Of a DNA stretch of 64,000 bases, positions 44,100 through 56,800 are shown piece after piece; the first letter of the stretch is position 1; the number at the start of each line of letters is the position of its first letter. Source of the DNA: Shigella phage SSP1. The translations under genes were made by a program, and so were the position numbers. Below the pieces are notes generated by a model. The model was given only the letters and a program-made list of their open reading frames with translations. It was not told where the DNA came from and ran no database searches. The stretch lies in the sequence record KY963424. One strand, 5' to 3'.

Positions 44100-47000
44100 A
44101 TGACTGATAAGCTAATACGAGAATTACTAATAGACGTTAAACAGAAGGGGGCAACTCGTACTGCAAAGTCTATTGAAAACGTATCTGATGCGTTGGAAAA
44201 TGCTGCTGCTGCTTCCGAACTGACAAATGAGCAGTTAGGTAAAATGCCCAAAACCCTTTACTCCATTGAGAGGGCAGCAGATAGAGCAGCGAAAAGTCTT
44301 ACTAAAATGCAAGCTAGTAGGGGTATGGCTGGTATCACTAAATCTATTAATGATATTGGTGATAAACTAGACTACCTAGCTATCCAACTTATTGAAGTAA
44401 CAGATAAACTAGAAATTGGATTCGATGGAGTTTCTAGATCTGTTAAAGCAATGGGTAATGATGTTGCAGCTGCAACAGAGAAAGTTCAAGATAGATTGTA
44501 TGATACTAATAGAGCATTAGGTGGCACAGCTAGAGGTTTTAATGACACTGCTGGTGCCGCTGGTAGAGCTTCTAGAGCTATTGGTAATACTTCTGGTTCA
44601 GCGCGTGGTGCAACTCGTGATTTTGCGGCAATGGCTAAGATCGGTGGTAGTCTACCTATTATGTACGCAGCTCTTGCTTCCAACATCTTCGTTTTGCAAT
44701 CAGCATTTGAACAACTTAAACTAGGTGATCAGCTAAATCGTCTAGAAAAATTTGGTGTTATAGTAGGTACTCAGACAGGTACTCCTGTTCAGACCCTTGC
44801 TAGATCACTACAAGAAGCTGCTGGATATGCTATTTCTTTTGAGGAAGCGATGAGACAGGCGTCTTCAGCATCTGCTTATGGATTTGATGCCGAACAACTT
44901 AATAAATTTGGTTTAGTAGCTCGTCGTGCTGCTGCTGTTCTTGGCGTTGATATGACTGATGCACTTAACCGTGTAATTAAGGGTGTATCTAAACAAGAAA
45001 TCGAACTTCTGGATGAACTTGGTGTCACCATCCGTCTTAATGATGCATACGCTGATTATGTTAAACAGTTAAATGCTGCAAACACAGGTATAACATATAA
45101 TGTTAATAATCTTACCACTTTCCAGAAGCAACAAGCATACGCTAACGCGGTAATTGCTGAATCTACTAAGCGTTTTGGCTACCTAGATGAAGTACTACGT
45201 GCAACTCCGTGGGAGCAATTTGCTGCTAATGCAGATGCTGCACTAAGAAAAATACAACAAGCTGCTGCTAAGTATTTAGGGCCAGTAATTGATGCTATCA
45301 ACACAGTATTTTATACATCTCAGGCTTCTATATCTGCTGAAGCAGCTAGAGCTCAAGAAAAAACTAATAGACAGATAGACCCTACCAACGTTGGTGCTGT
45401 TGCTTTAAGTTTAGCTGCTTCTGAAGAAGGCTATAATAAAGCTCTAGATATGTATAAGGAATCTCTTGATAAGCGTAATAAGCTAAAATCTGAGTTCGAT
45501 AAACGAATGGAACAAGCAGATTTCTATACAAAACTAGCTATACGTCAGGTTGGAGAAGGTATTCCTGTTGGTATTGCAGCAGCAGGTGCCTCGGAGGCCA
45601 ATAAGCAATTTGTAGCAGAAACTGCAGCTATGGGTCTACAAGTAACTAGACTTGGTAAGGAAGTAGAGGATTCTACAGAGAATCTCAATGCTTGGAAATC
45701 AGCGTATCAAGCTGCTGGGGCTGCTGCTGCAAAAGCTAATCCAGAGTTTCAGAAGCAAATTAATCTACAGAGAGATACTACTGATCCTGATGCTGTATAC
45801 GATTTTAACTCTACTGTATTAAAAGGACTAACTGAGCAGCAGAAAGCGTACAATCAGACTAAGAAAACTGCTAGTGACTTAGCTAATGATATACAGAACG
45901 TTGCTCAGAATACAGATACTGCTGCTAAAACTAGTGCTACTTTAGCAGATGCTATAAAAAACATAGAATCTCTATCTCTAGGTACTGGTAAGAGTGCTGA
46001 TGAATATGTTAAAAATCTTAACCTAGGCTACAATACTCTGTCTGAAATGAAAACTGCGTCTCAGGCCTTATCTGAGTATGTTAAACTAACTGGTAATGAA
46101 ACTAAAAATCAGTTAGCAGTTCAACAGAAGATAGCTGATGTATATAACCAAACTAAGGATAAAGAAAAAGCACAGGAAGCTGGTAGGCGTTTAGAACTCC
46201 AACAGTTAGAAGAGCAAGAAGCTGCTTTACGCCGTGTTCTTCAAACAAACCAGGGAAATAAAGCTGTTGAGAAAGAAATTGAAAAAATTCAGCTGGAGAA
46301 ACTTAAGCTTACCAATCAGGGCATGGAAGCTCAGAAGAAAGTTAAGGATTATACAGATAAAATTCTGGGTGTAGATCGTGAGATAGCTCTTCTGAATGAC
46401 CGTACTATGACTAGCACTCAGTATAGATTAGCACAGTTAAAGTTAGAACTAACCATAGAGGAGGAAAAATACGAGTGGTATTTAAAACAAGCGGATAAAC
46501 AAAAAGAGGCAGAACAGTCTAGACGTGCTCAAGCACAGATAAGTAGAGAGTTATGGGAAGCAGAGAAACAAGCTACTGCTACTCATGTATCCGCCCTTAT
46601 GGATGCCTTAGAGGTTAGCCAAACGCAGAGAAATGTCACTGGTCAGTCCCAGATTCTCACTGAAAGGTTATCTATTCTGCAGCAGCAGCTGGAGCTGTCT
46701 AAAGGTAATACTGAAGAAGAAATTAAATATCGTAATGAGATTTATAAAACTTCAGCAGCCTTAGAACAGCTTAGGAAACAGAGGGATAGCCAGATGCAGC
46801 AACAGGTAGGGTCTTCTGTAGGTGCTGTATATACTCCTACAACTGGACTATCTGGAGAAGATAAAGATTTTGCTGATATGCAAAATAGAATGGCTTCTTA
46901 TGACCAGGCAATCTCTAAATTATCTGAGCTAAACTCTGAAGCAACCGCTGTGGCTCAAAGTATGGGTAATCTAACTAATGCCATGATCCAGTTCTCCCAG

Positions 47001-47780
47001 GGATCTTTAGATACTACTTCCCTGATTGCTTCTGGTATGCAGACTGTGGCCTCTATGATTCAATATAGTACTAGTCAACAGGTTAGTGCAATTGATCAGG
47101 CTATTGCAGCAGAGCAAAAACGCGATGGTAAATCAGAAGCATCTAAAGCTAAGTTGAAGAAGCTGGAAGCTGAAAAGCTGAAGATTCAACAAGACGCAGC
47201 TAAGAAGCAGATTATCATCCAAACTGCAGTAGCTGTAATGCAGGCGGCAACAGCTGTTCCATACCCGTTCTCTATCCCTCTGATGGTAGCGGCAGGTTTA
47301 GCGGGTGCTCTGGCCCTCGCCCAAGCATCTTCTGCATCGAGTATGTCGAGTATTGCTGATTCGGGAGCTGATACAACTAGTTACTTAGCCTTAGGAGAGC
47401 GCCAAAAGAATATAGATGTGTCCATGTCTGCTAATGCAGGTGAACTATCTTATATCCGTGGCGATAAAGGCATAGGCGGTGCTAATTCTTTCGTTCCTCG
47501 TGCTGAGGGTGGTAACATGTACCCAGGGGTTAGCTATCAAATGGGTGAGCATGGTACAGAAGTAGTTACACCTATGGTTCCTATGAAAGCTACACCTAAT
47601 GATGAGCTAAAAACCTCATCTAACTCAACTTCAGGAAGACCCATCATCCTGAATATTAGTGCTATGGATGCTGCAAGTTTTAGAGAGTTTGCTTCTAGTA
47701 ATAGTAGTGCTCTAAGAGACGCAGTAGAATTAGCTCTGAATGAGAACGGTGCTAGTCTGAAAACATTAGGAAATTCTTAA
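44100..47780 (+). CDS. tape measure protein (pb2-like)
   Basis: 1226 aa, Ala/Gln-rich coiled-coil composition, hydrophobic segment near C-terminus, upstream of distal tail protein. Confidence 0.85.
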   Translation: MTDKLIRELLIDVKQKGATRTAKSIENVSDALENAAAASELTNEQLGKMPKTLYSIERAADRAAKSLTKMQASRGMAGITKSINDIGDKLDYLAIQLIEVTDKLEIGFDGVSRSVKAMGNDVAAATEKVQDRLYDTNRALGGTARGFNDTAGAAGRASRAIGNTSGSARGATRDFAAMAKIGGSLPIMYAALASNIFVLQSAFEQLKLGDQLNRLEKFGVIVGTQTGTPVQTLARSLQEAAGYAISFEEAMRQASSASAYGFDAEQLNKFGLVARRAAAVLGVDMTDALNRVIKGVSKQEIELLDELGVTIRLNDAYADYVKQLNAANTGITYNVNNLTTFQKQQAYANAVIAESTKRFGYLDEVLRATPWEQFAANADAALRKIQQAAAKYLGPVIDAINTVFYTSQASISAEAARAQEKTNRQIDPTNVGAVALSLAASEEGYNKALDMYKESLDKRNKLKSEFDKRMEQADFYTKLAIRQVGEGIPVGIAAAGASEANKQFVAETAAMGLQVTRLGKEVEDSTENLNAWKSAYQAAGAAAAKANPEFQKQINLQRDTTDPDAVYDFNSTVLKGLTEQQKAYNQTKKTASDLANDIQNVAQNTDTAAKTSATLADAIKNIESLSLGTGKSADEYVKNLNLGYNTLSEMKTASQALSEYVKLTGNETKNQLAVQQKIADVYNQTKDKEKAQEAGRRLELQQLEEQEAALRRVLQTNQGNKAVEKEIEKIQLEKLKLTNQGMEAQKKVKDYTDKILGVDREIALLNDRTMTSTQYRLAQLKLELTIEEEKYEWYLKQADKQKEAEQSRRAQAQISRELWEAEKQATATHVSALMDALEVSQTQRNVTGQSQILTERLSILQQQLELSKGNTEEEIKYRNEIYKTSAALEQLRKQRDSQMQQQVGSSVGAVYTPTTGLSGEDKDFADMQNRMASYDQAISKLSELNSEATAVAQSMGNLTNAMIQFSQGSLDTTSLIASGMQTVASMIQYSTSQQVSAIDQAIAAEQKRDGKSEASKAKLKKLEAEKLKIQQDAAKKQIIIQTAVAVMQAATAVPYPFSIPLMVAAGLAGALALAQASSASSMSSIADSGADTTSYLALGERQKNIDVSMSANAGELSYIRGDKGIGGANSFVPRAEGGNMYPGVSYQMGEHGTEVVTPMVPMKATPNDELKTSSNSTSGRPIILNISAMDAASFREFASSNSSALRDAVELALNENGASLKTLGNS

Positions 47781-47787
47781 AACTGGA

Positions 47788-47810
47788 GGAGGACTTTGAG
47801 TCCTCCTTTT
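47788..47810 (+). terminator. intrinsic terminator
   Basis: Stem GGAGGACT/AGTCCTCC then TTTT. Confidence 0.8.
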
Positions 47811-47889
47811 CTTTATGGAAAAATAAAAATTTCTTGATAAAATTTTCTAATACTATTATAATATTGTTATTAAAGAGGAGAAATTAACT

Positions 47890-48504
47890 ATGAGATTACC
47901 AGACCCATACACGAATCCGGAACTTTCAGGCTTAGGATTCGAAAGTGTTAACCTGATTGATAATGACCCAGTAATTCGTGATGAGTTACCAAATGGTAAA
48001 GTTAACGAAGTTAAGGTATCCGCTCAATACTGGGGTATAAATATTTCTTACCCAGAATTATTTCCAGATGAATATAGTGTTCTAGATGCTTTTATTCTAG
48101 AATACAAAAGGACTGGTGGTTATATAGATGTTATATTACCACAATACGAAGCTTTTAGAGTTAGAGGTAATACTAGTCTAGTAAATATACCTGCTGGACA
48201 GAAGGGTTCTAATATAACTATGGATACAAAAGGACTTCTTACAGGTACTCCAAAACCGGGGGATCTATTTAAGCTGTCTAACCACCCAAAAGTATATAAA
48301 ATAACATCATTTAACAAATCAGGTAATACATGGTCCATAAACCTATACCCTGATTTATTTATAACTACTACTGGAGCGGAGAAGCCAGTATTTAATGGAA
48401 TACTATTTAGAACAAAACTCATGAATGGTGATGCTTTTGGATCTACACTAAATAATAACGGAACATACTCCAACATCTCATTAAATTTACGGGAAAGTCT
48501 ATGA
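47890..48504 (+). CDS. distal tail protein (pb9-like)
   Basis: 204 aa as recalled for T5 pb9; positioned between tape measure and hub. Confidence 0.75.
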   Translation: MRLPDPYTNPELSGLGFESVNLIDNDPVIRDELPNGKVNEVKVSAQYWGINISYPELFPDEYSVLDAFILEYKRTGGYIDVILPQYEAFRVRGNTSLVNIPAGQKGSNITMDTKGLLTGTPKPGDLFKLSNHPKVYKITSFNKSGNTWSINLYPDLFITTTGAEKPVFNGILFRTKLMNGDAFGSTLNNNGTYSNISLNLRESL

Positions 48505-51350
48505 AAAAAATATTAGATAGTGCTAGAAACTACTTAAAAAATAATAGCAGAATAAAAACTGCTAGTCTAATTTCTCTAGAGTTGCCTAGCTCTACTGGTA
48601 CTAGTACTGCTTTTATTTATTTAACTGATTATTTTAGAGATGTACTATATAATGGTATTTTGTATCAGGCTGGTAAAGTTAAATCTATTAGCGCACATAA
48701 ACAAAACAGAGATTTATCTATTGGCAGTCTATCTTTTACTATTACGGGTACAGCGCAGGATGAAGTACTGAAATTAGTGCAGAATGGTGTGTCCTTTTTA
48801 GATAGAACAGTATCAATCCACCAAGCAATTATTACAGAGGATGGTTCTATTTTACCTGTAGACCCAGACACAAACGGGCCTTTATTATACTTTAGAGGTA
48901 GAATTACTGGTGGAGGTATTAAGGATAATATTAGTACTTCGGGAGTTGGAACCTCCACAATTACTTGGAATTGTTCTAACCAATTCTATGATTTTGATAG
49001 GGTTAATGGTAGATTTACTGATGATGCTTCTCATAGAGGGCTTGAAGTTGTAGCAGGGCAATTACTTCCATCTAACGGGGCTAAAAGACTTGAGTACCAA
49101 GAAGACTACGGTTTCTTTCACGCCAATAAAAGTATCTCTATTCTAGCAAAGTATCAGGTACAGGAGGAAAGATACAAGCTAAAGTCTAAGAAAAAGCTAT
49201 TTGGACTATCCAGAAGTTATAGTCTTAAAAAGTATTATGAGACTGTTACTAAAGAAGTAGATATAGATTTTAACCTTGCTGCTAAATATATACCAGTAGT
49301 TTATGGTGTGCAGAAAATACCTGGAATACCTATTTTTGCGGATACGGAATTACATAATCCTAATATAGTTTACGTAGTATATGCTTTTGCTGAAGGAGAG
49401 ATAGACGGTTTTCTTGACTTTTCCTTTGGTGATAATCCTATGATTTGTATGGACTCTAATGATAGCTCTGCTAGAACCTGCTTCGGTGTTAAAAAAGTAG
49501 CAGGAGACACCATGCAAAGAATAGCATCAGGAATATCTTCTAGTAGTCCTTCTGTGCATGGCCAGGAATATAAATATAACGATGGTAATGGTGATATAAG
49601 GATTTGGACTTATCATGGAAAAGCCGATCAAACTGCTTCTGAAGTATTAGTAAATATAGCGAAGGAGCGTGGGTTCTATCTCCAAAGTATGAACGGTAAT
49701 GGACCTGAGTACTGGGATGCTAGATATAAACTATTAGATACTGCATACGCGGTAGTACGCTTTACTATTAATGAAAATAGAACTGAGATCCCAGAAGTTA
49801 GTGCTGAGATTCAGGGTAAGAAGATAAAAATCTACCATTCTGATGGTAGAGTAACTGCTAATAGTACTAGTTTAAATGGTATTTGGCAAACACTTGACTA
49901 CTTAACTTCAGATAGGTATGGTGCAAACATTGCTATTGATCAGTTCCCTCTCCAACAATTGGTACAAGAAGCTGCTATCTTAGATATTATAGATGAATCT
50001 TACCAGGTATCTTGGCAGCCATACTGGAGATATGTTGGGTGGACTGATCCATTAGCAGAAAATAGGCAAATAGTACAAATGAATACTATTCTAGATACAT
50101 CTGAATCAGTATTTAAAAACGTGCAAGGTTTGCTAGAGTCCTACGGTGGGGCTATTAACAACTTATCTGGTCAATATAGGATTACTGTAGAAAAATATTC
50201 TAATACTCCATTAGAGATTAATTTTCTGGATACTTATGGTGATTTAGAGCTATCAGATACTACTGGTAGAAATAAATTCAACTCAGTTCAAGCATCCATC
50301 GTAGACCCAGCTCTTAGCTGGAAAACTAACTCTATTACCTTTTACAACTCTAAATATAAAGAGCAAGATAAAAATTTAGACAAAAAATTACAATTATCTT
50401 TTGCAAATATAACTAACTACTATACTGCTAGAAGTTTTGCAGACAGAGAGCTTAAAAAATCTAGGTATTCTAGAACCCTCTCATTTTCTTTACCATACCA
50501 ATTCATTGGTATTGAGCCTAACGATGCTATTGCATTTACATACGACCGTTATGGATGGGATAAGAAATACTTTTTAGTAGATGAAGTCGAAAACTCTAGA
50601 GAAGGAAAGATAAATGTTACTCTACAAGAGTATGGGGAAGATGTATTTATCAACTCTGATCAAGTAGATAATAGTGGTAATGATATACCAGATATTAGTA
50701 ACAATGTTCTTCCTCCTAGAGATTTTAAATATACCCCTACACCCGGTGGTTTAGTTGGTTCTATAGGAAAAAATGGTGAGCTATCTTGGCTTCCAAGTTT
50801 AACTAATAACGTAGTTTATTACTCTATCATGCATTCAGGTCATGCTGAACCCTATATCGTACAGCAACTAGAAACAAATCCCAATGAACGCATGATCCAA
50901 GAGATAATTGGAGAGCCTGCAGGTTTAGCAATATTTGAAATAAGGGCCGTGGATATAAACGGTAGAAGAAGTTCTCCAGTAACATTATCTATAGAACTTA
51001 ACTCTGCTAAAAACCTAAGTGTAGTATCTAATTTTAGGGTAACTAATACGGCTTCTGGGGATGTAACTGAGTTTGTAGGCCCAGATGTAAAACTAGCTTG
51101 GGATAGGATACCAGAAGAAGATATAATAGAAAGTATATTCTATACTCTGGAGATCTATGATTCTCAGAATAGAATGCTAAGAAGTGTACGTATTGAAAAT
51201 CAGTATACTTATGACTATTTATTAATGTATAATAAGGCAGATTTTGCTCTTCATAACAGCGATGCTCTAGGAATCAATAGAAAACTATATTTTCGTATTA
51301 GAGCAGAAGGAGATGATGGAGAACAGTCTGTGGAGTGGGCATCCATTTAA
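48501..51350 (+). CDS. baseplate hub protein (pb3-like)
   Basis: 949 aa as recalled for T5 pb3; follows distal tail protein. Confidence 0.8.
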   Translation: MKKILDSARNYLKNNSRIKTASLISLELPSSTGTSTAFIYLTDYFRDVLYNGILYQAGKVKSISAHKQNRDLSIGSLSFTITGTAQDEVLKLVQNGVSFLDRTVSIHQAIITEDGSILPVDPDTNGPLLYFRGRITGGGIKDNISTSGVGTSTITWNCSNQFYDFDRVNGRFTDDASHRGLEVVAGQLLPSNGAKRLEYQEDYGFFHANKSISILAKYQVQEERYKLKSKKKLFGLSRSYSLKKYYETVTKEVDIDFNLAAKYIPVVYGVQKIPGIPIFADTELHNPNIVYVVYAFAEGEIDGFLDFSFGDNPMICMDSNDSSARTCFGVKKVAGDTMQRIASGISSSSPSVHGQEYKYNDGNGDIRIWTYHGKADQTASEVLVNIAKERGFYLQSMNGNGPEYWDARYKLLDTAYAVVRFTINENRTEIPEVSAEIQGKKIKIYHSDGRVTANSTSLNGIWQTLDYLTSDRYGANIAIDQFPLQQLVQEAAILDIIDESYQVSWQPYWRYVGWTDPLAENRQIVQMNTILDTSESVFKNVQGLLESYGGAINNLSGQYRITVEKYSNTPLEINFLDTYGDLELSDTTGRNKFNSVQASIVDPALSWKTNSITFYNSKYKEQDKNLDKKLQLSFANITNYYTARSFADRELKKSRYSRTLSFSLPYQFIGIEPNDAIAFTYDRYGWDKKYFLVDEVENSREGKINVTLQEYGEDVFINSDQVDNSGNDIPDISNNVLPPRDFKYTPTPGGLVGSIGKNGELSWLPSLTNNVVYYSIMHSGHAEPYIVQQLETNPNERMIQEIIGEPAGLAIFEIRAVDINGRRSSPVTLSIELNSAKNLSVVSNFRVTNTASGDVTEFVGPDVKLAWDRIPEEDIIESIFYTLEIYDSQNRMLRSVRIENQYTYDYLLMYNKADFALHNSDALGINRKLYFRIRAEGDDGEQSVEWASI

Positions 51351-53407
51351 TGATTTCGAATAATGCACCAGCCAAAATGGTCTTAAATAGTATAATGACT
51401 GGATATACAATGGCATATGTCCAGCACTCTATATATACTGACTATGACGTTATTGGCAGATCTTTTTGGTTAAAGACAGGAGAAAGTGTAGATAGACGTG
51501 ATTATACTGGTATAGATACTTTCTTCGTAATGATTAATAATCTGACCCCTTCAACCTCTTATGAGATTCAAGGGGCTTTCTACGACTCTATTATTGATTC
51601 TGAACTGTTAGAGGCTAAGATTGGTATCAATCTCTCTAATGAGACTAACTTTAGGACAAAAGAGAAGCCAACAATTGTTGCAGCAAGATCTGAATCAGAA
51701 CCTGTGGATGTTGGGGTAGGTGCACCGATAGTTATCGTAGAAACAACTGGTGAAGCAAGCTACTGTACTATTGAGTTAAAAAGTACAGCTACTGAAGACA
51801 GTCCTTGGACTAAGTATTACATTGGTGCTTTAGGTTCTACTATTAAATTTGGTGGAGTTCCTATCGGAGATTACAAGATCAGAATATCTGGTCAAGTAAC
51901 TATGCCTGATGGTGTTACAGTTGATTCTTCTGGGTATTATGAATTCCCTAATATTTTAACTGTAGCGTATAATTTTGTTCCTCCTACTGCACCTATCAAT
52001 ATTGTTTTTAAAGCTGCACGAATTGCTGATGGTAAAGAACGCTATGATGTTAGAATTGAGTGGGATTGGGAACGCGGTGGCGGTGCTAATGTTCGTGAGT
52101 TCTTGGTTACTTATATAAACTCTGAAGAATACGGTAAGACTGGCTGGGCTAAAGCCCAAAAGATAAACGTTGGTGCTGCTAGAGCTGCAACAATTATATC
52201 CTTTCCATGGAAAGTTGAGCATACTTTTAAGGTATCATCAATTGCCTGGGGACCAAATAAGCAGGATATAACAGAATCAGCTCCTGTAACATTTATATTG
52301 AATGAAGATACTCCTCTAGACAACAGCTTTGTCAATGAGACGGGTATTGATGTTAACTATGCCTTTATTAAAGGCAGCATGAAAGATGGAGAAATCTGGA
52401 GACAGACATTCTTAATCGATGCAGCTACTGGTGCTATTAACATCGGTCTGCTAGATGAAGAGGGAAAAGCACCTATTTCTTTTGATCCTATAAACCGTGT
52501 TGTTAACGTTGATGGTAAAGTAATTACTAGAGATATTAATGCTGCGAATTTTATCATGACTAACTTATCCGGTAAGGATAATCCAGCAATTTATACTCAA
52601 GGTAAATCTTGGGGAGATAATAACTCCGGTATTTGGATGGGCATGGATAATACCTCTGCCAAAGCTAAGTTAGACATTGGTAATGCCACACAGTGGATTC
52701 GTTATGATGGTGATGTGCTACGTATCTCTAGTGGTGTAGTAATTGGGACACCAAATGGCGATGTAGATATTGGTACTGGGATGCAGGGTAAACAAACAGT
52801 ATTTGTTTATAAGTTAGCAACATCTCTACCCGCTAAACCACTAGAACAAGATTACCCGCCTCCTGGTTGGTCAAAAACTCCACCTAACCGTACAGATATG
52901 ACACAAAATATCTATGCAACTACGGGTACACTTGATCCGGTTACTAACAAACTTCTTGAAGGTACTAGCTGGTCTGATGTAGTTCAGTGGAGTGGTACTG
53001 AAGGTACTATTGGTGCAGATGGTCAAAGGGGGCCTGGCATGTATTCCTTAGGTATTCCAGGTCTTGGAGGCTGGGATGATGGACAAGCTAATGCCTTCTT
53101 CCAGAATAACTTTGGTAGTCCACCAGTTAGATATGATGTATTGACTGAGTTTAATAGTAATGCTCCGCAATCTGCATTTACTCGTCAATGGAATGGTTCC
53201 GGTTGGATTAACCCTGCAATGGTTCTTCATGGCAACATGATTGTTAATGGAACTGTGACTGCTGATAAGATTGTGGCAGGAAATGCCTTCTTATCACAAA
53301 TCGGTGTTAATATAATCTATGATAGAAATGCTGCGTTATCAGGGAACCCTGAAGCATACTATAAGATGAAGATAGACCTAAATAGTGGGTATATCCATAT
53401 AAGGTAA
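51335..53407 (+). CDS. central straight fibre / baseplate protein (pb4-like)
   Basis: About 690 aa following hub gene; alternative TAATG-coupled start at 51350. Confidence 0.7.
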   Translation: MGIHLMISNNAPAKMVLNSIMTGYTMAYVQHSIYTDYDVIGRSFWLKTGESVDRRDYTGIDTFFVMINNLTPSTSYEIQGAFYDSIIDSELLEAKIGINLSNETNFRTKEKPTIVAARSESEPVDVGVGAPIVIVETTGEASYCTIELKSTATEDSPWTKYYIGALGSTIKFGGVPIGDYKIRISGQVTMPDGVTVDSSGYYEFPNILTVAYNFVPPTAPINIVFKAARIADGKERYDVRIEWDWERGGGANVREFLVTYINSEEYGKTGWAKAQKINVGAARAATIISFPWKVEHTFKVSSIAWGPNKQDITESAPVTFILNEDTPLDNSFVNETGIDVNYAFIKGSMKDGEIWRQTFLIDAATGAINIGLLDEEGKAPISFDPINRVVNVDGKVITRDINAANFIMTNLSGKDNPAIYTQGKSWGDNNSGIWMGMDNTSAKAKLDIGNATQWIRYDGDVLRISSGVVIGTPNGDVDIGTGMQGKQTVFVYKLATSLPAKPLEQDYPPPGWSKTPPNRTDMTQNIYATTGTLDPVTNKLLEGTSWSDVVQWSGTEGTIGADGQRGPGMYSLGIPGLGGWDDGQANAFFQNNFGSPPVRYDVLTEFNSNAPQSAFTRQWNGSGWINPAMVLHGNMIVNGTVTADKIVAGNAFLSQIGVNIIYDRNAALSGNPEAYYKMKIDLNSGYIHIR

Positions 53408-53411
53408 AATA

Positions 53412-53834
53412 ATGAGTACAGAAAATAGAGTAATTGATATTGTTGTTGATGAGAAAGTACCTTATGGTCTTGTCATGCAGTTTATGGATGTTGATGATAG
53501 TGTCTACCCTCCCTCTGAAATACCTGTTAACCTAACAGGTTACTCACTTCGTGGAACTATTAAAGCAAGTCTTGATGAAGATGCAGAAACTTTAGCTACT
53601 TTTAAAACTCGTATAATCGATGCGGCTCAAGGAGCTGCTGCTATTAGCCTTAGTGTTGGAGATGTTAATAATATTGGTATTAAGGCATCCAAAGAGCGTG
53701 ATAAATATAACCCAAGACAACGTTTTGCAGGCTATTACGATATTCTAATGACCCGCGATGTTATTGGTTCAGAAGTCAGTTCTTTCCGTATTATGGAAGG
53801 AAAGGTTTATGTGAGTGATGGGGTAACTCAATAA
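53412..53834 (+). CDS. collar protein (p132-like)
   Basis: 140 aa immediately upstream of L-shaped fibre gene. Confidence 0.6.
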   Translation: MSTENRVIDIVVDEKVPYGLVMQFMDVDDSVYPPSEIPVNLTGYSLRGTIKASLDEDAETLATFKTRIIDAAQGAAAISLSVGDVNNIGIKASKERDKYNPRQRFAGYYDILMTRDVIGSEVSSFRIMEGKVYVSDGVTQ

Positions 53835-56800
53835 TGGCACTTAAAACTAAAATTATTGTACAGCAGATTCTGAACATAGATGACACTACAACTACTGCTA
53901 GTAAGTACCCTAAATATACAGTAGTTTTAGGAAATTCTATTAGCTCTATTACTGCTGGTGAATTAACTTCTGCTGTAGAAGCCTCCGCTGCTTCTGCGGC
54001 AGCAGCAAAAGGTTCTGAAATTGCTGCTAAAGATTCTGAGAATAAAGCAAAAGACTCCGAAATTATGGCGGGTATCTATGCAGATTCTTCCCAAACATCA
54101 GCTACTCAATCCGCAGCTTCAGCAGCAGAATCTGAGAAACAAGCTAGATTATCTCAGAAGAGTGCAGATGCTTCTGCTACATCAGCGGAAGAGTCTAAAG
54201 GATTTAGAGATTCTGCTGAACTAGCTGCTCAGAATGCTGAGAACAGTCGTAGACTTGCTGAACAAGCTAAGTCTGCTGCGCAAGCTGCTCAAACAGCGGC
54301 TGAAACTGCTAAGACTGGTGCTGAAACAGCAAAAGCTGGAGCAGATGCTGCTGCTACAACTGCTGGAGAACACGCTGCTGCTGCGAAACAATCAGAATTA
54401 AATGCTAAAACTTCTGAGACTAATGCTGCTAGCTCTGCTACAGAAGCGGGGGACAAAGCTATTGATGCTACTACTGAAGCAGATCGTGCTAAAGCTGAAG
54501 CAGATCGTGCAACTCAGATTGTTGATAGTAAACTTGATAAGGTAGATATTTCTGGTTTCATCAAAGTTTATAAGACTAAAGCAGAAGCCGATGCGGATGT
54601 TGGAAGTCGTGTACTAGGGGAGAAGATCCTAGTATGGAATCAAACTGATTCAAAATATGGGTGGTATAAGGTCACTGGTACTGCCGAAGCTCCTGTTCTA
54701 GAATTAGCAGAAATAGAGCAAAAGCTAGTTTCTATTAATAACGTTCGTGCAGATGACGCGGGTAACGTACAGATTACTCTTCCTGGTGGTAACCCCTCTT
54801 TATGGCTAGGTGAAGTTACTTGGTTCCCTTATGATAAAGATTCAGGTGTTGGCTATCCCGGTGTTCTGCCTGCCGATGGCCGTGAAGTCCTTCGTGTAGA
54901 CTACCCAGACACTTGGGAAGCCATCGAAGCTGGTCTAATTCCTTCTGTATCAGAAGCTGAATGGCAGGCTGGTGCAATACTCTACTTCTCCACTGGTGAT
55001 GGTTCTACAACCTTCCGTTTACCAGATATGATGCAAGGGCAGGCTTTCCGTGCACCAACTAAAGGTGAAGAAAATGCTGGTGCTATCAAAGAACAAATTC
55101 CTTATATCACCACTGTGAATGGAATTAGTCCTGCTGACGATACTGGAGCTATTAAGCTCCCTTACGTGGCGATGGTTAATGGAACTATTATACCAGATGA
55201 GAATGGAAACCTAGCACTAGGTAACGTTGTTACTAAGAATGTTTGGAATGGTACTGATGGAGAAGTTCTACTTCGTGGTGCTTTTGGTTTAGGTGGTGCT
55301 GGTATTGCGTTAAATGAACCTGATATAGTATCATTTTTTAAGGCTATGAGAGCTTTTGGCTCTGGGTATTATCGCAATGATACGGGATTTGATGGCTTGC
55401 CTGCATACGCTGCAGGTTTCTACTCCAGGGTAGCAGATACTAACTCGTTTATCTGCCCATCGTATGGTAGTGCTTCAGTATTTGTAGCTGCAATCAATGA
55501 TGCTGGTTTAGATAGTGAAAACCCTATTGTTCATACTAATATTCTTTATGGTACTGTTAATAAGCCAGATCTAAATGGTGATACTAATGGAGTTCTTAGT
55601 GTTGGTAAAGGCGGTACTGGAGCTACCACAGTTAGTGCTGCTAAGAAAGCTTTAGAAGTTGGTGGAGTTTTCTGTAATGATAGCCCAGCTGATGCTGCTT
55701 TCAACTCTCTCCAGAGCCCTGCTGGTATTCATGAGTTTAGACTAACTAATGAGGGGTTATGGGGTGTATGGAAGAAGGGGGAAGAAACGGTAGCTGCGTT
55801 GCCTATAGGCTCTGGTGGTACAGGAGCTACTGATAAAGTTGCTGCACGTGATAACTTTGAATTGGGGTATCATAATACTCCTAGATTTACTGGGGTAGAT
55901 CTATCTAATCCCGAAAGCATACCCTATAGTGGTATCCTTAATCTAAACAGGCTAAAGGAATCTGATCAAAATGTTATTACTCAGGGTAGAATCTATCATG
56001 AGATGCAATCAGATTTGGCTAAAATTACCCTTCATATTAACAATACTTTAAATGGTGCAAACCGTTATATACAGTTTGTAGAAAATGGTGATTTAACTGG
56101 GCTACAGAATGTACATGCAGTTAACTACCTTGCAAGTGGTTATGTTACAGCCCAGGGATGGATCAAAGGCGGGGAAAAAATCTATATACAGCAAACAGGT
56201 GGGGGCAACAGGGAAATTAGTATGGCTGTACCTACTCCTAATAATGACCCTGGTGCTGGTTCTTGGGTTAACTTACTACAGGGTAACTGGTATAACGGTT
56301 ACTGGCAAGTAGGTGGTATCCGTGGTAGTGGACCGGACTTAGACTGCCTCCGTATTGGAGTTAACAACTCTGGTACAGATTGGAAGGAATTCAATTTCTA
56401 CAACTCCTATGGTGGCCATATAACTGCTCCAAAAGGTTTTCGTGGTCAGTGTACTCAAGGATATTGGGGCTTAGAGTGGGATTACATGGGCGCCCCATTT
56501 CATGCAGAGTCTGTAGCAAATAATGATGGTGGTTGGTCTCCTATAGTATCGGGAGGTTCTTTATCCGCTGGTGGATATCATTTAAGAATAGGCCTTGGCT
56601 GTATCTCTAATGGTAACGCTGCATGGCCTGACGCTGCTCTTAAGTTAAATGGGGATGGCCAGTTCCACCGTTCATTCAACTTTAGAACAAACGGTAGCGT
56701 GTATACTTGGGGTAATGATCCTTGGGGAGGTAACTATGACTTTGCTATGAACCCTTCTTCAGATAGAGATATCAAAAGAGATATTAATTATGATGATGGG

